NCBI RefSeq assembly: GCF_037042905.1
Contig: NC_087250.1
Location: forward strand, 6,760,001 to 6,824,000
DNA length: 64,000 nt
Direction: 5' to 3'
Source: Lytechinus pictus
Taxonomy: Eukaryota
The notes under the pieces were generated by a model, which saw only the letters and a list, made by a program, of their open reading frames with translations, was not told where the DNA came from and did not search any database. Both the position numbers and the translations under genes were made by a program. Below are positions 1 to 13,995 of the stretch, one piece after another; the stretch's first letter is position 1; each line of letters begins with the position of its first letter.

Positions 1-1221
1 TATTTTGTTCGTGCCACAAGTCATGAACAATAGATGCACAGACTTTCTTTCATGAGGAATCTCTAATCTGAGCTCCCTCCTGACCTATTATCTAGGAGAG
101 TAATTTAGCACAGGATGTTTATAAGAATCGGGGCTCACGCGCGTCTTTTGATTTGACTTTTGAATACTTTCAAAGGTTCCAGTATTTATTTCTTTTTACA
201 TTTTGCTTTTTAATGGGTGACCCAGGTAAAGAGAAAACAATTTGCCCCCCTACAGAAAAATCCTGCATCCGCCCAGGGCCTCCCCAGCTCGTATAGCACT
301 ATCCGTGGTAAAAAATAATTTGATCAGATAACATAATTTACAATAATAAGCGTGGTATAAAGAAATGTAATATTCAACCCTTTATCGTCGTTATCATTTT
401 CATTTCTACTCTCTAAAGCCGTTTTAAAATCCCCTTGATAGTGACGTCAATGATGCAGCAACTAACAGGTCGGTCTGATGGGTTTTGTTAATGTATCCCT
501 TTATTTCTTTTCCTCAAAACATCAGATATTACTGTATATACTCCATTTAAATTTTCTCTAACCAGTGGTTTGATTTAGCAAAGTAAAAACATCCACCTTG
601 AAAAAAAGTATGTTTTGAGACAATTAAAGCGGTATTATCGGCCGTTTTAATTATCACATTTTTTTTTTAAGGAGAATATTGAACGATTCATATTTTTGTG
701 AGAAGTTTGAATATGATATTGATAAGCGTAACAATGTCAATCATTCTTTTTTTTTATAATGGTTTGGGCTATAAAAACACAAATGGATATGAACCGTTAT
801 TTACCTGATCTTAAATTTATGAAGAGAGAGTTTTGCTGCAGAAGGAATGCAATTGATATGATTAGAACAATTATTTTTTGATAATAATCATAATGATGAT
901 GATGAGTCTGATGGCAATAATATTAATTATAATAAGAAGGTGAAGAAGAAAAACATTGATAATAATGATACTAATAATAAAAAAATGACAATAACTAGAT
1001 TTTAATTCTTCATGCGGACGAATTAGGTGGTCTGTCGTGGACACAAAAATAGATAAACAGACATAATTATTTAAACAAATGAGTAGAAATTAGATTGAAA
1101 GATAAATAGACAGAAAGAAATACATATTTGAACAGATACACATAAGGGAGATATATAAATAAATAGATGGATGGAAAGATAAATGATAAGTGGATAGATT
1201 AATATAAGATGGATTATATCT

Positions 1222-1223
1222 TG

Positions 1224-1286
<63 letters not shown>

Positions 1287-1465
1287 TAGATAAATAGATA
1301 GATGTAGATATATATATAAACAGATAAATACTTATTTGATAGATATACATTAGATAGATAGAGAGAGAGACAGAGAGACAGACATACATACATACAGACA
1401 GAAAGATAGAGACAGGCAGATGGATGGATGGATGGATGGATGGATAGATAGATAGATAGATAGAT
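1222..1465. repeat. Compound microsatellite (TA)n/(GATA)n/(GGAT)n
   Basis: Directly visible simple repeats; they explain the low-complexity ORFs 1090-1558. Confidence 0.95.
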
Positions 1466-1632
1466 AAAAGACAAAAGAGGTGATAAAGTGAAGTGATTAA
1501 ATAAAGCAATGTAAGAAAAAATAGCAATACCATTGATCATGATCTTTATCATGATCATTACGATGAAGACTTACCATAGATAATGGATGTAATAAATAGG
1601 AAACACCAAGATGGAGACTTGCATCATGACTA

Positions 1633-3461
1633 CAGTGCGTCAAAAAAAAAACTATACACTTTTGAAAGGGCTACCAAACAAAAAAATATGTCACTTTGGG
1701 GGAGGGGATATCTATATATATATGAAAAGCCAATAAAGTCAACTTTCAGATGACACAAAAAAGTTGGAAAACTATTAATGCTTGAGTAAGCACTACCCAC
1801 TTAAACAAAGGGTATGAAAATTAGGTTGGGCAGGAATTAGCCTTCCGATTTCTTTCAGTTTTTGAGAGTCGAGTCCCTTGGAACTAGCAAACTCGAGGGT
1901 GTGGTGATAAATTAATGGTAATTCATTATCAATTTACATTGTAAGAGCAAATTTCATGAATTATCAAATTGAAATTTCATGCGTGCATGAGTAAGCGTGG
2001 ATTGCAATATTTAGTGCAGCATTTTAACTTAACAATGTGGATCTATCTCAACAGTGTGTTCATTGGAGTCAGGAGAATAGGGGTAAGATAGGACTTCAGT
2101 GGGTGAAGTAAGCTGATGGGAAAAAGGTCAACAACACGTTTAGCCTCCCTCCTACAGGTCCGTCCCCCCTTCCTGTTTAAATCGAGATTGATTGCTATTA
2201 CATGTACGCATTAAGTCTTAGCGGACTGTCAATTTGAGAATAAATTCTGAATATTAGGTCATCGACTTTTACCTATCAATCATTTTATCAGCGATTTGTT
2301 AGTAAATCAACTCAATCAATGTGAACAAGCAAACATTCATCTTTTTCAATAAATTATTTCATAAATCACCATAATTAGTCAAGTTTTTAATAATCATTCA
2401 ACGAGAAGAAAGACCCATTAACCCTCAGCCACTTGGCATTTAAGCTTTGAATACCATTCGGTAAAAAGAAAGGGGGTGGAGGGCAGGGGTGAGGACATGA
2501 TTTGTAAGAGAACACAGAGAAGAATGCCCCTTTAACCCAGTCTTACCCTATCTCACCCCCTTGCATGTAACAGGTACATGTACTATCACATTTCTCTGAC
2601 TCTCACAAGCACAGTTGCTAAAATCCACATAATAAACTAAAACTGCAACACCAGAATTACAATTATTGTTTACTCATACACTACATTTAAATTTAGTAAC
2701 TGAAATTTGCATAAGAAACCAAAACTGATCTCAATTCATCAGTAATTTAGCATCCTTAACCTTGCAAGTTCCAAAGGACTCACCTCTGAAAAAAAAAATG
2801 GAAGGCTAATTCCTGCTCACCCTAGCAAAGGCTAGTCTATCAGGAAGAGAAAGGGGTAGAGAGAGAGAAAGGGGAGTGTTAAGTGTTCTGGGGTCCGTTG
2901 CAGAAAGAGTTGCGTTTAAACGCAAGCCAAAAAATCAATCGTAAGTCCCAAATGCGCACTGTTGATTGGTTGAAAATCAAGTTGCGCGTGATTTTTTAGA
3001 GTTGCGATTGATTGCAACTCTTTCTGCAACGGGCCCCTGTTGACCCTTTTCCCCATCAACCTACTTCTCCCACCTAAGTCCTATCTCATCTCTGTTCAGA
3101 CTTCCATGAACACATTGCTGAGATCCACTTTAAAAAGTAAAAAATTGTATTTCATGTTCACTCATGCATTAAATTTCAATTTAATAATTCTTGAAATTTG
3201 CTCTAAAAACCTATATTGATAATGCTTGATCATTGATTTATCAGAACACCTTTAAGTTTGCAAGTTCCAAGGGACTCGCATCTCAAAAATCTGAAAGAAA
3301 TCGGAAGGCTAATTCCTGGCCAGCCTTATTTCCATACCCTTTGTTTAAGTGGGTAGTGCTCACTCAAGCACGAATAATTTCCCAACTTTTTGGTGTCATC
3401 TAAAAATTGACTTTATTGGCTTTCCATATATATAGGTATAGTTTTTTTTTTTGACGCACTG
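1633..3461. mobile_element. Non-autonomous Tc1/mariner-like element with long TIRs
   Basis: TA|CAGTGCGTCAAAA ... TTTTGACGCACTG|TA; TA duplication at 1631-1632 and 3462-3463; inverted similarity continues for several hundred bp; no transposase ORF. Confidence 0.85.
2891..3036. mobile_element. PIF/Harbinger-type MITE nested in the Tc1-like element
   Basis: TIR GGGTCCGTTGCAGAAAGAGTTGC / GCAACTCTTTCTGCAACGGGCCC; 3-bp CTG duplication at 2888-2890 and 3037-3039. Confidence 0.85.
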
Positions 3462-3881
3462 TATAATGGTCACAATTATGAGAACCATCATCATCATCAT
3501 CATCATTAATGTTATCATGACTATGATCATCAATATGCTCATGACCATATATATACCAGAGATAAGCAACATAACAATCATGATCATAAATATCATCATT
3601 ATCATCACGGTTATCAACAACATTGTTATGATTACTATCAAGATCCATATGATAAAAAGGGAGCATAGGGAATGGAGATAATCGGGAAAGATGGTGGTAT
3701 AGACATCAGATACGTCAATAAGGCTTTATACTTGGAAATTACATGTAAAACATGGATAATAGCCTTTAAAATGGGTATTTATTGCAGTATGTGCACCTGT
3801 ATACATTCCAATGGACATTAGAAATGAGGTGAAAGAAGTAATAAAGAGAATTAAAATAATGTTTTTAAAAAATGTTGCATA

Positions 3882-3951
3882 AGCAGGAATCGAACCAAGG
3901 ATCTTTGCTTGGCATTACAAGTGACTAACCGATAGACCACAACATCCGCCC
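3882..3951 (-). pseudogene. tRNA-derived sequence (SINE-head-like, Pol III A/B boxes)
   Basis: Minus strand has TGGTCTATCGG (A-box-like) and GGTTCGATTCC (B box) at tRNA-like spacing; no acceptor stem pairing. Confidence 0.6.
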
Positions 3952-3994
3952 GTATGTACATGTATAACACGTAGACAGGAATTGAGAATCTGGA

Positions 3995-4650
3995 AATCAA
4001 CATTGCAAGCAAAATTACAGTATGATCCTGATGTATGTTAAAACAAATGGAGGACCCATAAGGAAAGCCCAGAGTCTCAGCTACATCATACTCAAGACTC
4101 AGTGAAAACAAAGCTATAACAATCGAGATACAGCTCGAGAAAGACAGGGATGCAGAATTCAGTTTTGACAAAAAGTCATTTCCCATGGACATTACTCGCA
4201 AAATGAGGAAAAATGACATGCCTCTTTACATCGCTGTTTTACGCCATGATGCGTTTCTTGAAATAAAAAAAATTATATTAGAGGAAAAGAGTACATTCTA
4301 AACTACAACATATCAAAATCTGGGCGAAAAATGATCAATATTGACGGAGTTATAATCAAATTTGCATAAATTTGATGACGTCATTTTTGAAAAAAAAAAA
4401 ATTTTTCAGTTTAGGCGCAATTTTGATGACGTCATTATCAAATTGAGGGACAATGGTGACATGAAATCTGATCTACAACTCATACTCTATCGATATATGA
4501 AAAAAAAATTGGGGGTCAACGGACTATTTAGGGAGCTATACTGATTTTTGTAAAGTCGTACTTTTTTCCATATAAAGCCTATGGAGACCGCGCGCGCGTG
4601 CACATGCAACATATTTAAACTCACGCTAATTTCCTTATTCTTAGTCATAT
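3995..4650 (+). mobile_element. Interspersed repeat, truncated copy of the 9011-10247 family
   Basis: High similarity to ~9040-9620 (shared GCAAAATGAGGAAAAATGACATGCC block; duplicated spurious MHKFDDVIF ORF). Confidence 0.8.
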
Positions 4651-7600
4651 GGGGTGTTGCAAGAAACTAGCGATTGAACGCAAATCGAACGCAACTCCCA
4701 AAATTGAGCGTAAGTCCTCCGATTAAACGCAAATCTGCAATTGAACGCAAGTTATGTTCAATCCTGTAGCAAGAAGAAGTTGCGTTTGATCAATTGAACG
4801 TAGATCAAGCGCAAGCTTTGCAATTGATTGCAAATCGAACGTAACTTATGTGAGATTTTGGAGGATGCGCAAAATTTGCGTTCGATTTTATACGTTCAAT
4901 TGATTGTCCATAGGCTTGTGTACTAAAAATTCTGCAAATTTTTTTTTGTATTTTGTTTTGAAAACATGTGTAAATTATGCCATTTTCAATTTTCCATGGG
5001 TTCTTTTCAAGAAAAACTTGAAATAATGTTATTTTCAATCTTTATAGGCCTCTTCAGCAATTATGCCATTATTTTCACACAATTTCACTACATTCTCTCC
5101 TAATATCATTTTAAAGTGTGTCAATCACCAAAAATATTCTGCTCTTGTTATCAGAGGTGATGGAATATTCAAATTGTGATTTCTGAAATAATTTGTATGA
5201 AAAAATATTGAAGAAATATCAATTCTCCATAGGCACAAAAAAGCCACTCTTCATTAAAACACTTCATGCACTGGCAAATGTTTATCAATATTTCTGAGGG
5301 TTTGCAGTAAATACAACTCAGAATTTGTTTTGCAAGAGCACCAAATTGCTTCAATGCTTTCATTCATAAATATCATAATGAATAACATGCCCAATTAAGT
5401 TATTTTAGTTTGATTTTCAAATAAAACATACATTTCAGGAGATTGCTACACTTCAAAATCTGAAGCTCTCTTGTTTCTCTCTCTTTAATCATGAGATTGC
5501 ATGGTAGATATATATCACACTTGCATACAGGGATGAGGTCGAGGCTGATTCTTCCGAGTCATGAGGCAGCTTGAGAGAACTTTCCATAGATTCTGTACAG
5601 TGACTCGGACCATGGCCAGCAAAATGTTGTCTCGAGGTCAGCATTGACTACATCCCTGCTTGGAAATGAAAAGATCCATTGATCTATGCACAAAAAGAAC
5701 ACTGCTCTTGACATTCATTATTGATGGACCTTTTTTTTTCAATTTTCATTGTTTCTTACTCCTGAGGAATTACTTCTGAGATTCATTTATATCAAATAAA
5801 AATTCATATCATCTTCATCAAGTGTTTTACCACTGAATGTCAGCCCACAGTCCTTAATGTTGGCAAGAAGAATCCATAGAAGTCCAGTCTGGAAAGCCAC
5901 AAGCTTCTCTGCTTGAAGGAACAAATTTGGTTTCCAGAAGCAGTCTAATTTGAGATGACTTTGGAGAGCTCCATTGAGTGAAGTTTTTAAACCAGCAACA
6001 CCCTCATTCTGAAGTCCACTCTAATAAGATGTTACTACAGACAGGAGCAGCTCTGAATTCAGTTCTGATAATCAACCTGTTCATAAAAAAATAATAATAT
6101 AGGAAATAATGCAAGCCCATAACCATACGTAGCTTTGGTTAGTTCAAATTTTGTCCTTTCAGTGCAAGAACGCCCTTAGCAAAACATTTTTGTGCACCCC
6201 ATCAGTGCAGAAATGCCCCTATGCCTGCTGGTAAGGGCGTTGTTTGCAACGACAAGATGATATGATAGAGGGATAGTGGCTTACTCCTGAGACCATAATA
6301 ATTGGCAATTTGCCATGATGTAATCTAAAAGTGTGAAAACTGATTGTTTTTCCCCAAATAAATGAATCATGGAAATTAAAATATGCAATAAATTAAATCA
6401 ATGAAAGCAAAATTCACAATTTCATACAGTACACATTGGATGAGCACAACAACCACCCCCTCCCCCCCCCCCCCCAATCAATGGGGGTGTCTTCATTGCT
6501 GAGAAGTCCAAGTCAAGATAGAGATTTGTATTTGCCTTTTTCATTTTGCATTATCCTTGGGTTAATGTGTTCAGATTTCACCCCCATCCGCATTACGATC
6601 ATGGTGAATTATTAATAATACAGTTTACATGTAACCTACCATTTGAGAGTTGATAAAATGAATCAATCAGCTGGTTGCAAGAACACACATTGTAGCAGAC
6701 ACAGTTATGGTGGTTCGGAGGTTTCTTGTTTATTCCAGACTTCTTTGTCATCATAACTGTAGTAAGCAATTAAAAGCAAAAAGCAAAGAGATAAAACATG
6801 TTCATGAAATTAATATACAAGTTAAGCTCAGTTGCCAGGGTGTTAATCATTATAGTAGTCCCAGGGTGTTTTGATTAAAGTCACTTCTGGCCTGGGGAGG
6901 GGCACTATGGTTCCTCATCCATGGGCGGTGCAATTAAAAAAATTATGAAATCATACCTTTCGCTTTAATTTACTAAAAAAAGCTCGTAATAGAATGCTAA
7001 AATTTGGTGTAGATATTCCTTTCTAGAGCATTCCTAACAACTTTACTTTAAAAAATCTGGTATAAAAATAAATTCCTTTCATGTTTTTTTTTTTTTTTTT
7101 TTCTTAACTTCTTAAATGTATATCTTTTAATTGTTATTTTCAACACAAAGTTCATCAATTACTATTGTCAATAAAAAAATACCCAATTATGATTATTGAC
7201 TTTTTACATGTAATCATGTTTTTGTCTGACATGTACTTAAACAAACACAATGTTGCAAAATTTCCTGACCCTGTACCTGGGAATTGCAAATTTGGTCTCA
7301 AAAGTTGCTTGAGACTTTTTTGTAAAAAAAAATTATGATTATGCATTCAATATTAATAATGATGCACCAAATGAGACACCCTTTTACTGTAAGCACCTGG
7401 AAAAGCATTGTTATCATCCATTAAATAATTTAAAGTGAAAAAAAAAAGCTGTCATCTATATAGCACCTCATGTGCTTGCATAAAAATCAAGTTAAGACTA
7501 GAGTCAGTTACATAGTAGCCCGGGGGGGGGGGGTTACTCACGAAATAATGCATATGGGGATGTGCCGCTGGAATGGGTCGCCTTTTTGGAAGAAATCCCT

Positions 7601-8316
7601 AAACATGGGGTATGGATTTATGCTGGAAAATCCCTAAACATGGCCCAATTTTTAGATACTGACCTTAAACATGGCTCCATATTCTACTCCAATGTCTTAG
7701 GTGCAAATACAAAATTATCTTACATTTTGGGCATTAACCTTTTTCTTTTTTGTTTGCTTGTCAAGTTTTCCAGGCGAAAATGTGCCCCCCCCCCCCTTTT
7801 TGGAAATCCTGGATCCGCCCCTGTAATGAATCCCCAATAATAGGCCCCTTTTTAGCCAAAATGACCTGTAAATATGGGTACGGGTTTCAAACCTTCAGCC
7901 GCACACCTTTGTCCAAACCAAATCTAAGTACCCCCCCCCCCCCGGCATAGTAGACCTACATATTGAATAAAAAAAATTGATGTATTATTTTAGGGGAAAT
8001 TATGTATATCTTTTTATATTAATATTTGATGGATATTAAAAATGTGACTCATACGGCACATGATTACATATCAACGACACAAATAGACTGCCCTTGCAAA
8101 GAACCTCTTGTGCAATCTGCCCGTAAGAAATTTTAAAAAGAGCCCCGGGCGGGCAACTCCCTATTCAATGTTAAAACTTCCCCAAGAATGAGGCAGATGT
8201 GGCCAATAGATTCTGAAAAGTAGCCCAATACATGTAGACCCCCTATACTTGTTTGTTCTTGTCTGGCGAGATATGTGGAGTCTGGAGAACCCCCCCCCCC
8301 CCCCAGAAAAAAAAAA

Positions 8317-8347
<31 letters not shown>

Positions 8348-8950
8348 AATGAAAAAAAAAAAATAAGAATAAATAAATAATAATTTTTGTTTTAATCCTC
8401 CAAAGACAAAAACCGAAACAGCAAATTTTCACTTTATCACAGGCCAGGCCAAGGAAAGTCCTAAAAAGGGAGGTTAACGTTAGACAGACTCTTAAGAGAC
8501 AAATGGAGAGGATTTTTTTTTCTTGTGGAAAAAAAAATAGAAGGTAAGCTAATGCCTACTAATGGAATTTTGTAAGTCTTTAATTTCTATTCACTGGATG
8601 GCTATTCGCCGTTGAAACCGATATAACTTAAAAATCATTTCCAATAGGAACAAAAATTATCTTTAAAGGTCATTTTCGATGTTTCATACATAATTAGAGC
8701 CTACAGTACACTTACTTGCTTCAGGGTGATTTTTAACAGCACTGCACCGGCAATGACCTACCGTGTTGTTGATACAACCGTTCATTACCGACACAAAAAG
8801 TCAAATGTGGGACTGGGATTAAAAGTGTGCAGTAGAAAATATGTTGAAGGAGAAATTTCGATCGGCGATGAAGATACATTTTCACTCTTTTCAAAATAAT
8901 TGTTTCCCTGTCATAGGTCTAAAATATATAAATTCTCTGAAAACATACAT
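4651..8950 (-). mobile_element. Harbinger-like transposon remnant (one terminus plus decayed spliced unit); far boundary uncertain
   Basis: Terminus GGGGTGTTGCAAGAAACT followed by TTGAACGCAA-type subterminal repeats (4651-4900); minus-strand exon-like blocks with canonical splice sites point toward this terminus. Confidence 0.5.
7519..7945. mobile_element. MITE with CCCGG(G)n..(C)nCCGG ends and 8-bp target duplication
   Basis: CATAGTAG at 7511-7518 and 7946-7953 flanks the poly-G/poly-C termini. Confidence 0.8.
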
Positions 8951-9010
8951 AATGGAGAAAAAATTGTCTGAAAAATGAATATATTTTACTTACTCTCTTC
9001 CAGGTTCAAG

Positions 9011-10247
9011 ATTATTGCAAGCCAATATTTCCTATATCCTATTTTGCAAGCAAAAAACGGGCATGATCCCAGCATCTGATCGAATAAATAGAGCCAACAT
9101 TGCCGGAAGCCTAGAATCTCAGCTACAACATACTAAAAGCTTAGGGATACCTGACAAGAAAAACTTGAGATATAGCTCACGAAATAGAGGAATGTAGAAT
9201 TTAGTTTTTTTTCAGAAAAAGTCATGTCCCATAGACATTACACGCAAAATGAGGAAAAATGACATGCCTCTTTTCATCGCTGTTTTACGCCATAATGCGT
9301 TTCTCAAATTGAAAATTCATGTTAATTACGGAACAAGAGTACATTTTAAACTACAAGCTATCAAAATCTGGGCGAAAAATGATCAATATTGACGGAGTTA
9401 TAATCAAATTTGCATAAATTTGATGACGTGATTTTTGAAAAAAATGAAATTTTCCAGTTTAGGCGCGATTTTGATGACGTCATGATCAAATTGAGGGACA
9501 ATGGTGACATAAAATCTGATCTACAACTCATACTCTATCGATATATGAAAAAAAGAAAGAGCTACAGTGAATGTTTAATAGGCATGTTTTTGCCCATATA
9601 GAGCCTATGGAAAGAGCTCGCGCGCACGCGCGCTGCAAACTTTAATGGGTGCTCATTCCCTCATTAATGATCGTAGAGAGTTGATCGAGGTATCAATTTG
9701 ATCAGAATTATATCAATAATAGATACGCATAGAAAAAAACACCGAATTCCTGACGCGTAACGCCGTTACGCACGAAAACGCGCGCGCTTACGAGCGCGCG
9801 CGCAAAATGTTGAAATGCTCAAAACGACCTGCAACGTACCCAAAGATTTTTATAGGCCATTTTTTTAAGATTTGTTTTTGCTTTGACGCGCGCGTACGCG
9901 CGCGTCATGACCTCTTTATGACCTTTGATGACATTAACAGATGACCTTAAACCTAACCTTTATTTGATGTGAATATGATTTATTATTGATGATCTGTTAT
10001 GTTGATATGATCAAATTAAGAATTTAACAAAATGGCGCGTAGATGACGTCATCATGACCAGATGACCTTGAAAAGCTTAGTACGCCGGCTCTATGATAGA
10101 CTCTATATATATGACGAAAAATTCAGCAAACTTGATCCAGCCGATTCGGAGAATAGTTGGCGACAAACAAAGGTGCGAAAAATAAATGAATAAATTCAGA
10201 AAATTCTGACGAAATTAAGAGGTGATCTGTCATTGACAGACCACCTG
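9011..10247 (+). mobile_element. Helentron/DINE-like non-autonomous repeat
   Basis: Second copy of the family at 3995-4650; ends in stem-loop AGGTGATCTGTCA-T-TGACAGACCACCT (10220-10246); an inverted fragment of the same end lies at ~1025-1036; no TIR/TSD seen. Family call is inference. Confidence 0.55.
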
Positions 10248-12272
10248 ATGATAATAATTATTACGATAATAGTAATACTAATAATGATCATAATAATAAC
10301 AATAATAAATGAATAAATAAATAATGAGTGTGATGATTGCAGTGCGACAAGAGTTGGAAATGACAGCCTTCTTTACTCATATATTTATAACGAGAACAAT
10401 TTTCAAAGTATAAGACCTTTCCCCCCGCCCCCCACCCCTCCCCTCCCCCAAAAAAAATCTCCCCAAACACATTTGCAGGCAGAAAAATCCTTGACACAAG
10501 AATGCTACTATACCGGCCTGCAAGAGACCCGATCGATAACTCATGAATATTCAATATACAATATACAATAGCGAATGGGCGAGTAGCGTTTGGTGAGGGA
10601 CATCGTACCGCTCTGTCATTGGTCAATTCCGAGCTGAATGCCTACGCACACTCGCCTTTGCTCTGCCCATAGAAGTATGTCCATTGCTACACACAGCCTT
10701 TATATCACACGTGTCTATAGGGAAATCTTGATTCAGATCGCGGCAATATCCGAAATCAACTCTTCAAAATAATGATGCAAAAATACCATTTTACTCATAA
10801 AATGTTTATATGACAAAATCAATTGTGAATTCCTTGCCAATATAACAACATAAAAAACACAAAATATGGTGTTGATTTTCTGGCTGTAAATTTGGTTAAA
10901 AACAAACAAAGTTATTTGGGCAACTATAGCTGCAAATGGCACAAGACGGCTATCATGGGCGACTATAGCTGCAAATGGGTCTTAAAGAGTTAATAAATAT
11001 TATAATAAAATTTTCTTGAATTCTTAATGACTAAATTATCCCTTTTCAGAAAAAAATATCAACAATATCACAGTTTCATATGTTTCATATCGCGCTTAGA
11101 AAGAGGAATACGAAAGTTGTCCTTAGACCTAGAATGTCAAGGTCCTATGTCAAAATAATAATGAAGATATCAGCTCGCGCTTCACACTCGCATCATTTGT
11201 TAAGTGCTTTCCACATCCACTTTACAATTTCCCTACACAATGCTTTAGATAGTGCTCAAATTCACCATTTTCATACCGGAATATCAAGTATTTTCCGCTC
11301 GCGCTTCGCGCTCGCATTATTGATTGTCGTGAAAATAATATCAAAATGCTCAGATTCTGTCTAACTCCAAAACACGCGCACAACATTGAGATACGCAGCT
11401 TCATCTTTATTCAAAACGTGCTTAAATTGTCTAGTTTCAGATCAGATCGCGCTTTGAGCTCGCATAATTAATGTAGGAGGAAATCAAATTACCCATCCTT
11501 TTTCATTATTTAAAAAAGATGATTAGAGTGTCCCATTTTTAGGTCTGAAATCTCAAAAAGAAATTCCGCTTGTGCTTCGCGCTCGCATCAATTGTTTTGG
11601 AATTATACCTATACCGTTAATGATTACAAAAAGTGCTAAGAATTTCATTTTTTTTTTTAGGTCAGAATGTCAAAAGAAATTAAGTTAGCACTTCGTGCTC
11701 GCATTATTTAAAAGTTAAAATATGTATTGTTTTGATGGCTAACTGCAAAACCTCCTTAACACGTCCCTTTTCTATCAAGGCAGAAACCAAATTAAAAATT
11801 TCTGCTCGCGCTTCACGCTCGCAGTAATTATCTACTTTTATACACCTCTCTTTAAAAATGTCGAATAATCCATTCTTCTGATTGGTCAAAAGTTGGGTCA
11901 TGTATTTGACCATGCCTGCAAAACAACAAACTAAGGTGGTTTCCAAGGGCAACGGGCATAGTTCACAAGATTTCTGCCCGTTGCCCCCTGATCCGCCCCT
12001 TAACAACGGGCATGGTTAAAATTTGGTGAAATTCGCATTTGTTTACGTGCAAAAAATTGCTCTGTGCGATGATTGCGGATACCATAATTTCACCGCGATT
12101 TGTGGTCGATAAATTCAGACAGCTCGCGCGTTCGACGCGCATACGCGCTGCGCAGACGATTATTTCGCCGTAAATTATCGATTAAGCGGATCGCTAATTT
12201 GCAGACTAGTACTAGGCCCAGGTCTGTCCCTACGTTTCATCTCTTTTTGTTCTAAAAACGCATTTTTGGTGC

Positions 12273-13610
12273 ATGATGGCAGAAGCTAATCTTCCAAGAT
12301 TTGAACTCCTTGATGATGATCAATTAAAGGATTTAATGGACTCTGCGGACAGTAAGAACACTAAATGTGCAGTTAAGTATGCCTTGAAAATTTTCGAAAA
12401 TTACTTGTTGCAAATCAACTCAGACCTTAGTAACGTAGACAAGCTGTCTAACTCTGAACTGGACCGCGTTATGCAGAAGTTTTATGCTGGTGCTAGACAG
12501 AAGAACGGTTCGCTTTACAGCAAGAAATCGATGTTATCCATCAGATTTGGACTTCAACGTCATTTCCTTAGTTCGAAGAATGTAGACATTATCAAGCACG
12601 ATGATTTTGCCAATTCAGCAAGAGTTTTCAAGTGTTTCTCGGCAACTCTCAAACAGAAGGGCAAGGGATTTGTGAAACACAAGCCAGCCATTTCACCTGA
12701 AGACATGGAGAAGATTCAACGTTCACTTGATTTGGATGATCCACAAGGTCTTCAAGATAAGGTATTTATTGATGTGATGTTGCATTTTTGCAACCGTGGC
12801 AGAGAGAATTTGCAAGAAATGACAGTTGACAGTTTTGAAATTTGCGAAGAAGAAGGAAAGTGTTCCTACATTAGTTTCAAAGATACACTCACTAAAAACA
12901 ATCGTGAAGACAAACTAGAAAAAAGCCAAGGGGGTATCATTGCTCCAACAAATGGATCACGTTGTCCTGTTGCCTCATTCCTTCGCTACAAAAGTAAACT
13001 GAACCCACAATGTAAATGGTTCTGGCAAAGACCAAAACCTAAGCATTATCTTGATCCAGCTTCATTTGGTCCATGGTACTGTAATGCTCCCCTGGGGAAG
13101 AACACCATCGGAGATAAGATGAAAACGATTTCATCTCGTGCTGGAACCAAAGTCTACACCAACCATTGTTTGAGGGCTACCAGTATCAGCACCCTTCAAA
13201 ATGCAGGATTCCGAGATAGGGAGATCATGAGTGTGTCAGGTCATCGATCAGAAGGGAGTCTCAAACACTATGCTAGTACAAGCAGTGATACAAAAGAGAA
13301 CATGAGCCGTGCTATCGCGACAGCTGTTGATCAAAATAAATCAGCACCAGCCGGACCTGGGCCTAGTACTAGATCTACAACAGAAATCCCGGAATCTTGT
13401 CTGACTTCTGGTGCAAAAAGTGAGAGCCAGGAACTCCATGAATTGCAGCAAATACTGGACGACTTCACAAATAACAGAGAAGTCTTTGCACAACCAGCTC
13501 GGCCAACATGCAATATCACAACGAATAGTCATGCTCATCTGTCAAGCCATCAAGTCCAAGCCCCAACCTTCAACATCCAAAACTGTGTTGTAAACATCTA
13601 CAATAAATAA
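12273..13610 (+). CDS. Crypton tyrosine recombinase (DUF3504/KCTD1-KIAA1958-like family), 445 aa, intronless
   Basis: Catalytic set R175 (NRGRE), K208 (TKN), H298-x-x-R301 (NHCLRAT), H324 (SGHRS), Y333; also CPV, FWQRP, WY..PLGKNT and the C-terminal FNIQNCVVNI motif; AATAAA at the stop and at 13741. Confidence 0.93.
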   Translation: MMAEANLPRFELLDDDQLKDLMDSADSKNTKCAVKYALKIFENYLLQINSDLSNVDKLSNSELDRVMQKFYAGARQKNGSLYSKKSMLSIRFGLQRHFLSSKNVDIIKHDDFANSARVFKCFSATLKQKGKGFVKHKPAISPEDMEKIQRSLDLDDPQGLQDKVFIDVMLHFCNRGRENLQEMTVDSFEICEEEGKCSYISFKDTLTKNNREDKLEKSQGGIIAPTNGSRCPVASFLRYKSKLNPQCKWFWQRPKPKHYLDPASFGPWYCNAPLGKNTIGDKMKTISSRAGTKVYTNHCLRATSISTLQNAGFRDREIMSVSGHRSEGSLKHYASTSSDTKENMSRAIATAVDQNKSAPAGPGPSTRSTTEIPESCLTSGAKSESQELHELQQILDDFTNNREVFAQPARPTCNITTNSHAHLSSHQVQAPTFNIQNCVVNIYNK

Positions 13611-13995
13611 CAATCTCTCGCCTTCGGTGTATATATGTTTGAAGTTCAACAAGTTTTCATTGAAAATGTTACTGTTCGCGTGTTTGAAAAGAAAAATGGA
13701 TCTTTGACTTTGTAACTTTGGTGTTAAGGAGTTCTACTTTAATAAAAGACTACATTTTGGATTGAAATTGAGATTTAAAGTTAGTCGCATGGATAAACTT
13801 TTCAAGGTCTACTATTGTTAACCTGTTTTCTTCTAAATATGACCCCCAACGTAAGAGTAATTGAATGCTTTTGAGATGACAGGATCACATGACATTGACA
13901 ATGACAGGTAAGGCATTTCCTTTTTTTTGTATAGATCTAGGCCTATTTCAAATATTATGCTTAAGATAAGTTAAACTTAATTCGGCATATAAAAC

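Noticed and set aside
1090..3681. Low-complexity ORFs here and at 28949, 43326, 45129, 45209, 53173
   Set aside because: These are translations of microsatellites with no domain signal
3882..3951. Functional tRNA gene
   Set aside because: A and B boxes are present, but the acceptor stem does not pair and no clean cloverleaf forms
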